From: a virus
Strand: one strand, 5' to 3'
Length of the DNA: 64,000 nt
IMG/VR virus record: IMGVR_UViG_3300037464_000007
Location: 5,165 to 69,164 of that record
In this document: positions 45,183-54,473 of the stretch, piece by piece
Layout: each line of letters starts with the position of its first letter
Position numbering within the stretch: the stretch's first letter is position 1
Translations under genes and position numbers: made by a program
Notes under the pieces: model-generated
The model's database searches: none
The model's input: the letters and a program-made list of their open reading frames with translations, nothing else
Told to the model about the DNA's origin: nothing

Positions 45183-46211
45183 ATGAGTAAAGAACAAAGA
45201 CAAGAAGTATATGAACTCTATGACCAGATCTTAGATGGCTTAGAATCTAATTACTCTAGTGGTGAGTTAGATGAAAATGATTATACTCGACTTAAAATCA
45301 AATCTTTGGCTGACTTAGAAACTTCTTTAATTGAGTTAACAGGATTAAAAGAAAGTAAAATTAGTAACAATGAATCAAATTACAGTATGAATTACGCAAA
45401 TTTCAACATGAAAGGTTATTTTGTTCCTGCTCTTGTAGAGTGTATCGAACAAGACTATGAAACTTTAGAAGATGGTTTAGCAGATATTCTCGAACAAACT
45501 GAATTAACAGAACAACAATTAAATAAGATTCTCAGTGGTAAATTGTTTCCTCGTGCAGAAATGGTAGATATCTTGAATGAGATGTTTACTACAACCTCTA
45601 CTAATGATGAAAATGCTTTACGGTTACAAGCTTTTGCAGCAGTAGATAGAGGAGATTTGGAAGAATCAGTTTTGCTTGAGTTACTGGATGAAACTGAAGA
45701 AGACGATGAAGAGTTGGAAGATGAGGATGAGAATGAAGAGGATAGTGAAGAAGTAGAAGAAGATGAAGAAACTTCTGATGAACCTGACGCTAAATATTCT
45801 TACATTAACGATGAAGTAGAACAATTAAAATCTAAAATTGCTAACTTTGAATTTAATTCTCAGTTACAAGAACGTATTTCTGAAGTAGCACAACTTGCTA
45901 ATCAAGGAATTCAAGAACACTGGCTTACTAAATATAAGAAAGATTTGTATTTAGGTTCAGTCAACAAGATTGAAGATATGGTAGCTAGCTTCTCTCAAAA
46001 TGCAGAAAGCAATGGAGTAGATTTAGAAACTCATCTTTATGCTATCGAATTTGCACTTCAAGCAGATAAAGAAGCTAATGACCCTTCTGTTGATTTTTCT
46101 CGTTATGTAGAAGAAAATCTAACTCCTCCTAACGAAGAAGAAGACGAGTTAATAAAAATTAACGTTGCTAGTATGAAAGAACGTTTAGCAGCTCGCAAAA
46201 GTAACCGATAA
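45183..46211 (+). CDS. probable capsid scaffolding protein
   Basis: Very acidic, helical, basic C-terminal tail, directly upstream of decoration and MCP genes. Confidence 0.6.
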   Translation: MSKEQRQEVYELYDQILDGLESNYSSGELDENDYTRLKIKSLADLETSLIELTGLKESKISNNESNYSMNYANFNMKGYFVPALVECIEQDYETLEDGLADILEQTELTEQQLNKILSGKLFPRAEMVDILNEMFTTTSTNDENALRLQAFAAVDRGDLEESVLLELLDETEEDDEELEDEDENEEDSEEVEEDEETSDEPDAKYSYINDEVEQLKSKIANFEFNSQLQERISEVAQLANQGIQEHWLTKYKKDLYLGSVNKIEDMVASFSQNAESNGVDLETHLYAIEFALQADKEANDPSVDFSRYVEENLTPPNEEEDELIKINVASMKERLAARKSNR

Positions 46212-46234
46212 ATAACAAATAAAGAGAAATAATT

Positions 46235-47068
46235 ATGTTTACAAGATTTGGTAGAGTAGATGCTGAGAAAGCTATTATTGCTTATCCTCGCGGTATCCGA
46301 ACTCCCTTCCACGTATCGCTATCTAATAAGTTTATTAGTAGAAATAAGCAAGGTAAGAATGCTTTGCCTGAAGGAATGTTTGTTTCTAAGAAAAATGGAG
46401 AACATCGATTTCTTCCTCGTGCTAGAGTAACAGCTCCTACAAGCGGTAATCGTATTAAAGTAGGAAATCCTTACTGTTTTGTGCCTGGAGATGTACTAGA
46501 AATTCTTAACCCTTCAGCAATGTTAACCGTCTCTGGGGTTGGTGAAGCCGGAATTACCTACAACAATCAAACATTTAAGTATGTTCCTGTTGGAGCAGCT
46601 AATACAACTGAAGCAGCAACAATTTTAGCAGCTAACTTTAATAGAATTCCTAACTTAAGTAAGAATTTAGAGTTTATTGCTAGTGGAGCTAATCTCTATA
46701 TTTATTCTCCTGCTGGTCGTCCTTTAGCTACTTTTACTCCTTCTGGTACTTTAGGTTCTACTGTAACTACTACTGCTGCTAATACGGTTTCGGTAGGTAC
46801 TGTAGCTTCTATTGACCCTGTTACTGAAGAGATTCTTTTAAGTGGAAATGTAGTAGGTACTTTACCAGTAGGTTCTTCAATTGGAGTTCCGCAAGATGAA
46901 GTTCTTGGTATTTTTCCTCATTCTATTGACTTTACAGAAGGTGGAGTTACAGGTCGTGCATTAGGAGTAGTTCACAAAGCTTATATCTACAAGCTGCATT
47001 TACCTTACTATGACAATAGTTTGGTTTATGAATGTCCTGATTTGGAAGCACGAGAAGTTTGGTCTTAA
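46235..47068 (+). CDS. head decoration protein
   Basis: Position before MCP; ALPEGMFV..FLPRA..ILGIF..IYKLHLPY pattern with a beta-rich insertion. Confidence 0.6.
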   Translation: MFTRFGRVDAEKAIIAYPRGIRTPFHVSLSNKFISRNKQGKNALPEGMFVSKKNGEHRFLPRARVTAPTSGNRIKVGNPYCFVPGDVLEILNPSAMLTVSGVGEAGITYNNQTFKYVPVGAANTTEAATILAANFNRIPNLSKNLEFIASGANLYIYSPAGRPLATFTPSGTLGSTVTTTAANTVSVGTVASIDPVTEEILLSGNVVGTLPVGSSIGVPQDEVLGIFPHSIDFTEGGVTGRALGVVHKAYIYKLHLPYYDNSLVYECPDLEAREVWS

Positions 47069-47093
47069 TAAGAAATAACTAACAAATAAAAAT

Positions 47094-48260
47094 ATGAGTC
47101 ACGTCGCATCATTTTTCAACGAACCTTTTATCAATAAGCAAATTAATGCCATTGTTGATGAAACACATCGAGATTTACTTAAACGAGATAAATTAATCGA
47201 TGAAGCAATGCCAACCCAGACGTTTGAAACTAGAAACTTCATGGCGTTGTTAACTTCCCGTATTGCTCCTGCTGCTAGAGTAGTTGCTTGGGGTGCAGAG
47301 ATTCCTGTAACTCGTCACGGTGGATTTGAGAAAGTTACAGCTCAACTCACTAAACTTGCTTTATCTCACAGATACGATGAAGAAGATATGTGGGCGTTGT
47401 CAGAAGCATATCAACTAGCAGGTTATATGTGGAACAAAATTCAAACTATCCACAAACCAGACGGAACTGTTCAAAGAGGCGCTAATGACGATTTAGCTAC
47501 TGCTTTATTTGGAGATGTTCAGCAGCTCTTAGATGGTATGGTCGATAGAATGGACATGATGAAGTGGCAGGCAGTATCTACAGGTGCTTTAAACATTGAG
47601 GATATGTCTACTGGAGTCAAGTTTGAGATTGACTACAAGAAAGCAAACGCACCTTATAACCACTTCCCTCTTCCTCTTGTTGCTACAGGTAATACTGCTA
47701 ATCCTGCTCTTAATAAGTGGAGCGACAAACAGAACGCAGATGGTTTCCGCAATATTCAAGACTTAGTTGAAACTTATGACGATACTAACGGGTTTCAACC
47801 TGACAAGATTGTAATGAACCGCAAACTCTGGAATTTGTTTTTAGATCAGAAATCTACTAAAGAAGCTGCTCGTGCAATGACTACTTCAGAGATTGGTTTG
47901 GTTTCTAGAGATATGGCAGATGAGTTACTACGCAGACGTAAGCTACCTCCTGTAGTAGAGTTTGGTGAAAAGTATCATGAAGAAGTTCCGGGTGGAGAAG
48001 CTGTTACTGCAAACTTCTTAAACGATAACCGGATTGTATTCTTGAAGAATAAGATGGGTATCTCGGCTATTGGCCCCACTATGGAGTCTAAAACTAATAT
48101 CATTTCTAGCGGTAAAGATATTCCTAAGATTAAAACAGGTATTTACTTAGATATCTATACTGAAAACGGTCGTCCTCCTAATGATGTGGTAGCCACTGTT
48201 GCTAGCTTTATTCCTATTATCATGAATCCTAAACTTTTGATGGCACAGACCGTAAACTAA
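47094..48260 (+). CDS. major capsid protein (lambda gpE/Phage_cap_E-like)
   Basis: 388 aa; AARVVAWGAEIP..KLALSHRYDEED..RMDMMKWQAVSTG..IDY..PDKIVMN. Confidence 0.85.
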   Translation: MSHVASFFNEPFINKQINAIVDETHRDLLKRDKLIDEAMPTQTFETRNFMALLTSRIAPAARVVAWGAEIPVTRHGGFEKVTAQLTKLALSHRYDEEDMWALSEAYQLAGYMWNKIQTIHKPDGTVQRGANDDLATALFGDVQQLLDGMVDRMDMMKWQAVSTGALNIEDMSTGVKFEIDYKKANAPYNHFPLPLVATGNTANPALNKWSDKQNADGFRNIQDLVETYDDTNGFQPDKIVMNRKLWNLFLDQKSTKEAARAMTTSEIGLVSRDMADELLRRRKLPPVVEFGEKYHEEVPGGEAVTANFLNDNRIVFLKNKMGISAIGPTMESKTNIISSGKDIPKIKTGIYLDIYTENGRPPNDVVATVASFIPIIMNPKLLMAQTVN

Positions 48261-48261
48261 T

Positions 48262-48714
48262 ATGAGAGAATATATCCTTCACAAAACTTTTAGAGATAAA
48301 ACAGGTAACTTTTATTGGGCTAGAACAACTCCATATCCAGAAGGAGAACTACCTGATTATATTACTAAAGACCCAACTAAAGTATCTATTATCGAAACGG
48401 ATACTCATATTGCGGAATCTGTTTTAATCAATCCTGTTCAAGAAGTAAGAAACTTAACACCTGCTGTAGAACATTTAGTACCTTTAACTCCTCAATTTGT
48501 AGAAGCTAATCCAGTTATTACTACTAGAATAGATATTAATACTGCCTCTATTGAGGATATTAAAAATATTAAAGGAATAGCTGAAAAAACTGCAACATTA
48601 ATTGTTACTAGCCGACCTTATGAAAGTATGGCTGATTTAACTACTAGAGTTAAGCCCCCTTTAGGTAAAACTTGGGCAGATTTTCCTTTTAAATATGGGT
48701 CAACTGAAGAGTAA
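48262..48714 (+). CDS. ComEA-like helix-hairpin-helix DNA-binding protein
   Basis: RIDINTASIEDIKNIKGIAEKTATLIVTSRPYESMADL. Confidence 0.75.
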   Translation: MREYILHKTFRDKTGNFYWARTTPYPEGELPDYITKDPTKVSIIETDTHIAESVLINPVQEVRNLTPAVEHLVPLTPQFVEANPVITTRIDINTASIEDIKNIKGIAEKTATLIVTSRPYESMADLTTRVKPPLGKTWADFPFKYGSTEE

Positions 48715-48738
48715 ACTTTTACTAAAACGAGCAATGAT

Positions 48739-48776
48739 AAAGTATAGTTTAGTAGATAGGCTATACTTTTATTTTT
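48739..48776 (+). terminator. intrinsic terminator after capsid genes
   Basis: AAAGTATAG..CTATACTTT followed by TATTTTT. Confidence 0.65.
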
Positions 48777-48781
48777 AGAAT

Positions 48782-49207
48782 ATGCTAATTAAATCAAAAG
48801 TTACAACTCTTCAAGTAGTTAGAGATTCTACAGTAGAGAAACCTTATATTTATCTCAAAAACTCAAGTCATTCTATTAGAGATACAATTCCAGTAGTAAT
48901 AGATATTAATGCTAGCGAACCTATTAGAATAAATAATATAGCTTTAACGTTTAAACTAATACATCAACTTACTGGATTAGTTCTCAAACAATACGACAAC
49001 ACTAGCTTTGTCTTTCCTCTAATTAAACCATCTGATATTCAGGCAGTTTTGTACATTAACGGTTCTGATATTGCTAGTTTCTATCAAGCTAAAGGGTTAG
49101 AGTTTTCTAGTAGAATTCACAATATTATTTACGAGTTAGATATATCAGTAAAGACTACAACTAATATGTCCAGATACACAGATACAGGAAGTTTCTATTT
49201 AACATGA
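48782..49207 (+). CDS. putative virion protein (BppU/Ig-like beta-sandwich)
   Basis: C-terminal YELDISV..TDTGSFYL, shared with 49204 and 58085. Confidence 0.5.
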   Translation: MLIKSKVTTLQVVRDSTVEKPYIYLKNSSHSIRDTIPVVIDINASEPIRINNIALTFKLIHQLTGLVLKQYDNTSFVFPLIKPSDIQAVLYINGSDIASFYQAKGLEFSSRIHNIIYELDISVKTTTNMSRYTDTGSFYLT

Positions 49208-49605
49208 GCATTAAAGTATCTACTTATCGAGAATGGAAAGATAATCCTCTTTCAGGTTCTATTGTTCCAAGGTCAGACGATTTACCTTTAGGAGTTACCT
49301 TAGAATCTACTGACAATCCTTCATTACTAGGAGTTGGGGTATCCGTTAACTTTACTGTCTTTACTAACACTTCTACTACTAATTTTAGTGTTGGAAATTA
49401 CGGGACTAACAGCGGTTTATCTCCTATAGTTACTGAACCTAATAAAATAATCTTTAAAGGTTTAGTAGAAAAAGAAACAATTCAGTCAAAGTTAGACTCA
49501 AAACTAGACTCATCTATTTACTACGTTGTTAAAGGAACTTTTCCAGATACAGCAGAAGTTACGTTAGATGAAGGTTATTTCACAAGTAAAGTTACATTAA
49601 TATGA
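49204..49605 (+). CDS. putative virion protein (BppU/Ig-like)
   Basis: C-terminal YYVVKGTF..LDEGYFT. Confidence 0.5.
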   Translation: MSIKVSTYREWKDNPLSGSIVPRSDDLPLGVTLESTDNPSLLGVGVSVNFTVFTNTSTTNFSVGNYGTNSGLSPIVTEPNKIIFKGLVEKETIQSKLDSKLDSSIYYVVKGTFPDTAEVTLDEGYFTSKVTLI

Positions 49606-50012
49606 GAATTATTAAGTTTATAGGGTCTACTAACTCTTCTTATGCAAGAGGAAAAGATAAAAAGAAACGAAAAAATCGAGGTTTATTAACTACAGGAGCT
49701 TTAACTCTTACCGGAGGAGCTGTTGGAAGTAGACTGGCTCAAACAGGCATAATAACAAAGAAAATGAAGAAAAATTTTCTTAAAGGAGCAGGTAGAAAAA
49801 TGAAACTCTCTGAGAAAATAATGAGCCATGTTATAGCAAATAACGTAGTTAACACTACCCATAATAGTAGTAATGCTCCTAAAAAAATAGTAAAGCTATT
49901 TAATAAAGCTAAATTACGTGGAGGAATTAAAGGATCTGCTATTGGAGCAGGAGTAGGTTTAGGTGGAACATTGTTAGTAAATAAATTAAAAAACAGAAAG
50001 AAGGATAAATAA
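49602..50012 (+). CDS. basic Gly-zipper putative virion protein
   Basis: MRIIKFIGS..YARGKDKKKRK tag and two GxxxG-rich helices. Confidence 0.7.
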   Translation: MRIIKFIGSTNSSYARGKDKKKRKNRGLLTTGALTLTGGAVGSRLAQTGIITKKMKKNFLKGAGRKMKLSEKIMSHVIANNVVNTTHNSSNAPKKIVKLFNKAKLRGGIKGSAIGAGVGLGGTLLVNKLKNRKKDK

Positions 50013-50016
50013 CACT

Positions 50017-50781
50017 ATGACTAAGCTAAAAATTATCAATCGAACTCCGTTAAAAAGCCGTCCTATTCCTTTTATTGAATTGCAACCGAAATATCTTTAT
50101 TGGTTAGATACTGGTAGAGAAATAGAAGTTGAAATTTTAAAAGAGAAAGACGCTCATTATGAAGTTAAGTTAGCTACTAATTTTCCTGATAGTCCAGTAG
50201 GAATTAGAACTTGGTTTATTTATAATGAACACGTTGAAGTAATAGAAGATAAGAAAAAGAAATCTACTAAGAATGTATTGAAAACTGATTATTACTACCA
50301 AATAGATAACCATTATCATCCTTATACTTCTTGCTTTTTGACTTGTGTAGCTATGTTACTATCTTTTTATAAGATTAAAGTAACTCCTGACCAACTATAT
50401 AACAAGTGTTTAGATTTAGGTTATGATAGGTTTTCTTGGCAAGATATTACTGCAATACTTAAGAGCTACGGAATCAAACATTACTCTACTACTTCTGGTA
50501 CTGCTCAAGAGTTAAAAGATGCTGTAACTAAAGCTCCTGTAATTTTAGGGACTTACTTAACTGAAGCTAGCCATATTGTTTTAGTAGTGGGATTTGATGA
50601 TTCTGCTTATGATGGTAGAGGTGCATTTGTAGTTAATGACCCTTATGGTGAATTTACTCATAACGGCTACATCCACACTCCAACAGCAGGGAAAGAGACT
50701 TTATATTCCTATTCTCTAATTGCTCAAGTTGGCGCACCTGAAGGTGATGGAAATTATTGGTTACATTTACCGGAGAATTAA
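50017..50781 (+). CDS. endolysin, peptidase C39-like
   Basis: SH3-like N-terminus; YYYQIDN..SCFLTCVAM (Cys), SHIVLVVGFD (His), VNDPYG. Confidence 0.8.
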   Translation: MTKLKIINRTPLKSRPIPFIELQPKYLYWLDTGREIEVEILKEKDAHYEVKLATNFPDSPVGIRTWFIYNEHVEVIEDKKKKSTKNVLKTDYYYQIDNHYHPYTSCFLTCVAMLLSFYKIKVTPDQLYNKCLDLGYDRFSWQDITAILKSYGIKHYSTTSGTAQELKDAVTKAPVILGTYLTEASHIVLVVGFDDSAYDGRGAFVVNDPYGEFTHNGYIHTPTAGKETLYSYSLIAQVGAPEGDGNYWLHLPEN

Positions 50782-50784
50782 ATT

Positions 50785-51057
50785 ATGGAAACTAAAATGA
50801 GACGCTCTCTTTACTTAACAAAAACATTTCTATTTTCAGTAGTGCTTTATCTATCCGTAGTTTATCAACCTCTTGTTAATTACATTTATGAGGGTCAGAT
50901 GAGCAAAGATGATTTTACTGCTTTACTTGTAGGAACATTTGGTTTTCTAGGAGTAAGTGGAAGTCGAGCAAGAGTTAATGACGATATTAGAGCTAGTGCA
51001 AGAGAAGGAGTACCCGTTGGATTAGTAGGGACGGGTATTCCCAACAATAAAGTATAA
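50785..51057 (+). CDS. probable holin
   Basis: 90 aa, two hydrophobic segments, directly after the endolysin. Confidence 0.6.
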   Translation: METKMRRSLYLTKTFLFSVVLYLSVVYQPLVNYIYEGQMSKDDFTALLVGTFGFLGVSGSRARVNDDIRASAREGVPVGLVGTGIPNNKV

Positions 51058-51064
51058 AAATGAG

Positions 51065-52624
51065 ATGGTTGTATTTAGTGTATTATTTGAGAAAATTGAG
51101 GATGAGTATTATTACCGATATATAAGTGATAGTATTACGTATTACCTCCCTAGCTACCGTACTGATAGATTAGACAAACCTATTAGTAGCTTTATTAATG
51201 CTCAAGGGCCAATTTATGCTGAGTCAGTTTATAAGTTCTTAAATAAAGCTTTTGAGACTGGTGAACATATTGAAGATTTTACGGTTAAAGACCCAAGAAG
51301 TGAAAAAGAGATATCGTTAACTCTCTTTGGTTATAAATATCTCAATTTCATTATCCTAGTTGGTAGTCAAAAATCAGATAGTTTATTAGAAAACACTTTA
51401 TTTAAAGAGAATTACCTATTTCTTATTCAATGGGCTAACTCAAAAGAATGTGTTCCTGAAGATATATCTGATAATTTAGCCGGACTTCTTGAATATACAA
51501 AGCAGGAGATATTAGCTAAACCGTATATTTCTTTAATTCATTCTGATGATGTTAGTTCTTTTAAATCTGAGCTGCTTACTTATTTAGATAAAGGTACTGC
51601 ATCTTTCTATCAGAAATATAGATTAGTTACTAAGTCGAGTAAGGATATAACTGTTCTTGACCATACTTGCAGAATTCTAAGAGAAAACGCTGTTGTTACT
51701 ATTAGCTATTTAAGAGATATTACTAAAGATGAGTTAATGTCTAGTAGGTTAGCTGAGTTAGCTTTATTAGACGAAGAAAACTTTAATACTAGCTTACTTA
51801 TAAAAATCGAATGGGATAGAAACTTCAACATTTCTCGATGGAATCAACAAGCTAGAGAGCTATTAGGTTGGGATAACTCTATTATTGGTAAAAATATTAG
51901 AGATATAAGTCTTCTTAATTCTGAAGATGCAATTGCAATGCAAGGACAGCTTAAGAGGTTACTTAACCATGAAGTAGAATTAGTAGTTAGCAATTATAAA
52001 ATCTGCAAAAAAGACGGCAGTCACTTAGATACTAAATGGTCTAACAAGCTTGCTATAAGAGACGGGGATTTAAGAGTTTTATCTTCAATTATTGATAGAA
52101 GTGAAGAAGCGTTATTAGCTACTAAATTAATAGAGATGGAGGAAAGGTCAGACTTACTGCTCAAGACTCTTTACTCTACTAATACCAACTTTAACAATGA
52201 CGTATTTAGAAAACTTGTAGATACTCCTTTAACTTCTAGCTCTGAAGGATTGATTAAAGCTGAGATAATTATTAGAAAGATAGAAGAAGAGTTAAAAAGA
52301 CTTAATGATACTATTTTTCACAATAATGGTAACAATCTTTTAAGTGAAGTAGCTAATCTCAAATATGAAGTTAAAGATATTAGAGAAGATGTTAGTAGAA
52401 TTAAGGAGAGTCAGTCTAAGCTATCTACTGAGTTAAGCGATTTATTAAATATTAATATACTTAGTTTAGGTAAGAATCTTAACTTCAAGAACTTAACAGG
52501 GTTACTTGTAGTTAGTTATGTAATATTCGGGTTAGTGTTTCCGGGTCTTTACCATAATTTAGCTAAACCTTATCTTATCCAATACTATAAAGAATTAAAA
52601 CAAATAGAAGGGAAAAAGGATTAA
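51065..52624 (+). CDS. multi-PAS sensor protein with coiled coil and C-terminal TM, no output domain
   Basis: PAS/PAC signatures: ISDNLAGLLEYTKQEIL..LIHSDD..YRLVTKS..RDIT and EWDRNFNISRWNQQARELLGW..CKKDGS..W.N..D; C-terminal LTGLLVVSYVIFGLVF. Confidence 0.85.
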   Translation: MVVFSVLFEKIEDEYYYRYISDSITYYLPSYRTDRLDKPISSFINAQGPIYAESVYKFLNKAFETGEHIEDFTVKDPRSEKEISLTLFGYKYLNFIILVGSQKSDSLLENTLFKENYLFLIQWANSKECVPEDISDNLAGLLEYTKQEILAKPYISLIHSDDVSSFKSELLTYLDKGTASFYQKYRLVTKSSKDITVLDHTCRILRENAVVTISYLRDITKDELMSSRLAELALLDEENFNTSLLIKIEWDRNFNISRWNQQARELLGWDNSIIGKNIRDISLLNSEDAIAMQGQLKRLLNHEVELVVSNYKICKKDGSHLDTKWSNKLAIRDGDLRVLSSIIDRSEEALLATKLIEMEERSDLLLKTLYSTNTNFNNDVFRKLVDTPLTSSSEGLIKAEIIIRKIEEELKRLNDTIFHNNGNNLLSEVANLKYEVKDIREDVSRIKESQSKLSTELSDLLNINILSLGKNLNFKNLTGLLVVSYVIFGLVFPGLYHNLAKPYLIQYYKELKQIEGKKD

Positions 52625-52626
52625 CT

Positions 52627-52977
52627 ATGTGGCGACCATTTGACAATCCAGCTAAAAGACGAAAAAGATTTATAGAAAAAAACAGTCCTTACCTTGTACC
52701 TTTAGCGGTTGGAGGACTAGCAGCTATGGGAGATGAAAATGCTTCTACTAGACAACGACTTAAAAGAGGTTTAGTTACTGGGGGACAAACTTTTGCAGCT
52801 ATGAAGACAGCAGGAGTATTTGCTAATAATAAGAGCAAAAAGAACTACTACCAAAATACAATTTTACCAACGGTTCAACAAGCTAGAGGAATAGCTAATA
52901 CAGGAATCAATCTACAAAAGAATATGAGAGCTGCTACTAAATTTGACTTCTGGAAAAAGAAGAAAGGATTAATTTAA
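52627..52977 (+). CDS. basic amphipathic putative virion protein
   Basis: LVPLAVGGLAAMG, GLVTGGQTFAAM, Lys-rich ends. Confidence 0.6.
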   Translation: MWRPFDNPAKRRKRFIEKNSPYLVPLAVGGLAAMGDENASTRQRLKRGLVTGGQTFAAMKTAGVFANNKSKKNYYQNTILPTVQQARGIANTGINLQKNMRAATKFDFWKKKKGLI

Positions 52978-53570
52978 TGTATAAATACTGCACAGTAGAA
53001 AAGATTCAAAGAAGGTTGGGTAGACGAGCTAATATATTTACTGAGTCACTAATACCCTCAGATAATGTATCTGTTATATCTTCTAATCTAGATGTAGAGT
53101 TAGTACATGAACTAATAGAAGCAAATGAAGCTCTTATAGATACTTATTTTAGAATGCTGTATGTTCTACCAATACATCTTTTAGATATCCCTCTAATAGA
53201 GCCTATAGTAGTCGGATTTGTTATTAACGATTTGATGATGTCCTTATATGACCAAGGGATGATAGCTTCATTAGGAGGTGATGGAGGTTTAGGTTCTACT
53301 ATATATCAAAAAGCTAAAGAGTTACTTAAGAGTTACTTTATTGGTACTAATATCTACATTCCAGGTGTATCTGCTCCAGAAGATAATGCAATGCAAAATG
53401 CTTCTAGATTAATTCTCCCTAATACTCTAGAGTTAGGATATAAAAGAACTTCTGCTACTCAAAACTTTACTGTTATTGGAGATTATAAACGGAATAAAAA
53501 TAATTTAGGTTTGGATTTTGGGGAAGATAGAAAATATAGAGGTGTTGAAATCTCTTGGGGAACTTATTAA
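52977..53570 (+). CDS. head-tail adaptor (Mu gp36/DUF1320-like)
   Basis: YCTVEKIQRRLG..LIEANEALIDTYFR.LY.LP..YQKAKELLK. Confidence 0.7.
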   Translation: MYKYCTVEKIQRRLGRRANIFTESLIPSDNVSVISSNLDVELVHELIEANEALIDTYFRMLYVLPIHLLDIPLIEPIVVGFVINDLMMSLYDQGMIASLGGDGGLGSTIYQKAKELLKSYFIGTNIYIPGVSAPEDNAMQNASRLILPNTLELGYKRTSATQNFTVIGDYKRNKNNLGLDFGEDRKYRGVEISWGTY

Positions 53571-53590
53571 TTAATAGAAAAACAAAAACT

Positions 53591-54469
53591 ATGTTGTACG
53601 ACATTACGTTTGCTAATCAAAATCAATTTACTAATTTCGGGAGAGGTAAAGATAAGACTAAAAGAAAAAGTAGAGTTTCTGTTGCTGCTGGAGCTGGTTT
53701 AGGTACTGTAGCAGGAGGCCCAGTTGGAACTATCGCTGGGGGATTAATAGCTCGTGGAATTAATAAAGAAAAAGATAGATATGAAAAACAAGGCCCAAGA
53801 AGTCATTTAGGTAAGATTGGTCACGATGCTAAATTAGGAGCTAAATCAGTAGGTATAGGTAGTGCTATTACTGCTGGATTGGCTGGAGCAGCTTTAGGCT
53901 CTAGATTACCAACTGTTAAAAAGAAAGGATTTTTAGGATTAGGAAGAGATAAGAAAGCAGAAGCTAAACAGAAACTCAAAAATACTCTTATGGGAGCAGG
54001 TTTAGGTATTCTTGGAGGTGGAGTTAGTGGTGCTGTTTCTGGAGCAGGTAACGGAGCTTTAGTAGGTGCTGGTAGAGGATTTCTTCAAGAAAATAAAACT
54101 AAGAAAAAGAAAGGTAAGTTTTCTAATTCTACTAAACTTGCTGAATTTGCTTTGAGTCTTCCTCCTAAAAAGCAGAAACAAAGAAGTAGATTGGGGATGG
54201 TTGGTCACGATACTAAAAAAGGAGCTAAGATTGGGGCGGGTTTAGGAGCAGCTTATTTAGGAAGTGTAGGTGTTAGAGCAGGGATGAAACAACCTGGTAG
54301 CCTAAAATCTAAAATAGCAGGTGCTGTTTTAGGTGCAGGGATAGGTACTCTTGCGGGGAGTGCAGGTGGAGCAATTCAAGGTGCTAAAACAGGCCTTGGT
54401 GTTGGAGTAGTTCGGTCTTTAGTAACCCCAAGAAAAAAGAAGTCTTTATTTGATAGATTTAAAAAATGA
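53591..54469 (+). CDS. basic Gly-zipper putative virion protein, two repeated modules (start moved to MLYDITF)
   Basis: ITFANQNQFTNFGRGKDKTKRKSR; RSHLGKIGHDAK and RSRLGMVGHDTK repeats; C-terminal KKKSLFDRFKK. Confidence 0.75.
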   Translation: MLYDITFANQNQFTNFGRGKDKTKRKSRVSVAAGAGLGTVAGGPVGTIAGGLIARGINKEKDRYEKQGPRSHLGKIGHDAKLGAKSVGIGSAITAGLAGAALGSRLPTVKKKGFLGLGRDKKAEAKQKLKNTLMGAGLGILGGGVSGAVSGAGNGALVGAGRGFLQENKTKKKKGKFSNSTKLAEFALSLPPKKQKQRSRLGMVGHDTKKGAKIGAGLGAAYLGSVGVRAGMKQPGSLKSKIAGAVLGAGIGTLAGSAGGAIQGAKTGLGVGVVRSLVTPRKKKSLFDRFKK

Positions 54470-54473
54470 TGCT

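Noticed and set aside
48262-48714. Photosystem II PsbU auxiliary gene
   Set aside because: The HhH motif fits ComEA-type INTAS..IKGI better; no signal peptide.
51065-52624. LOV photoreceptor or histidine kinase
   Set aside because: No GxNCRFLQ motif and no H-box or ATPase domain.
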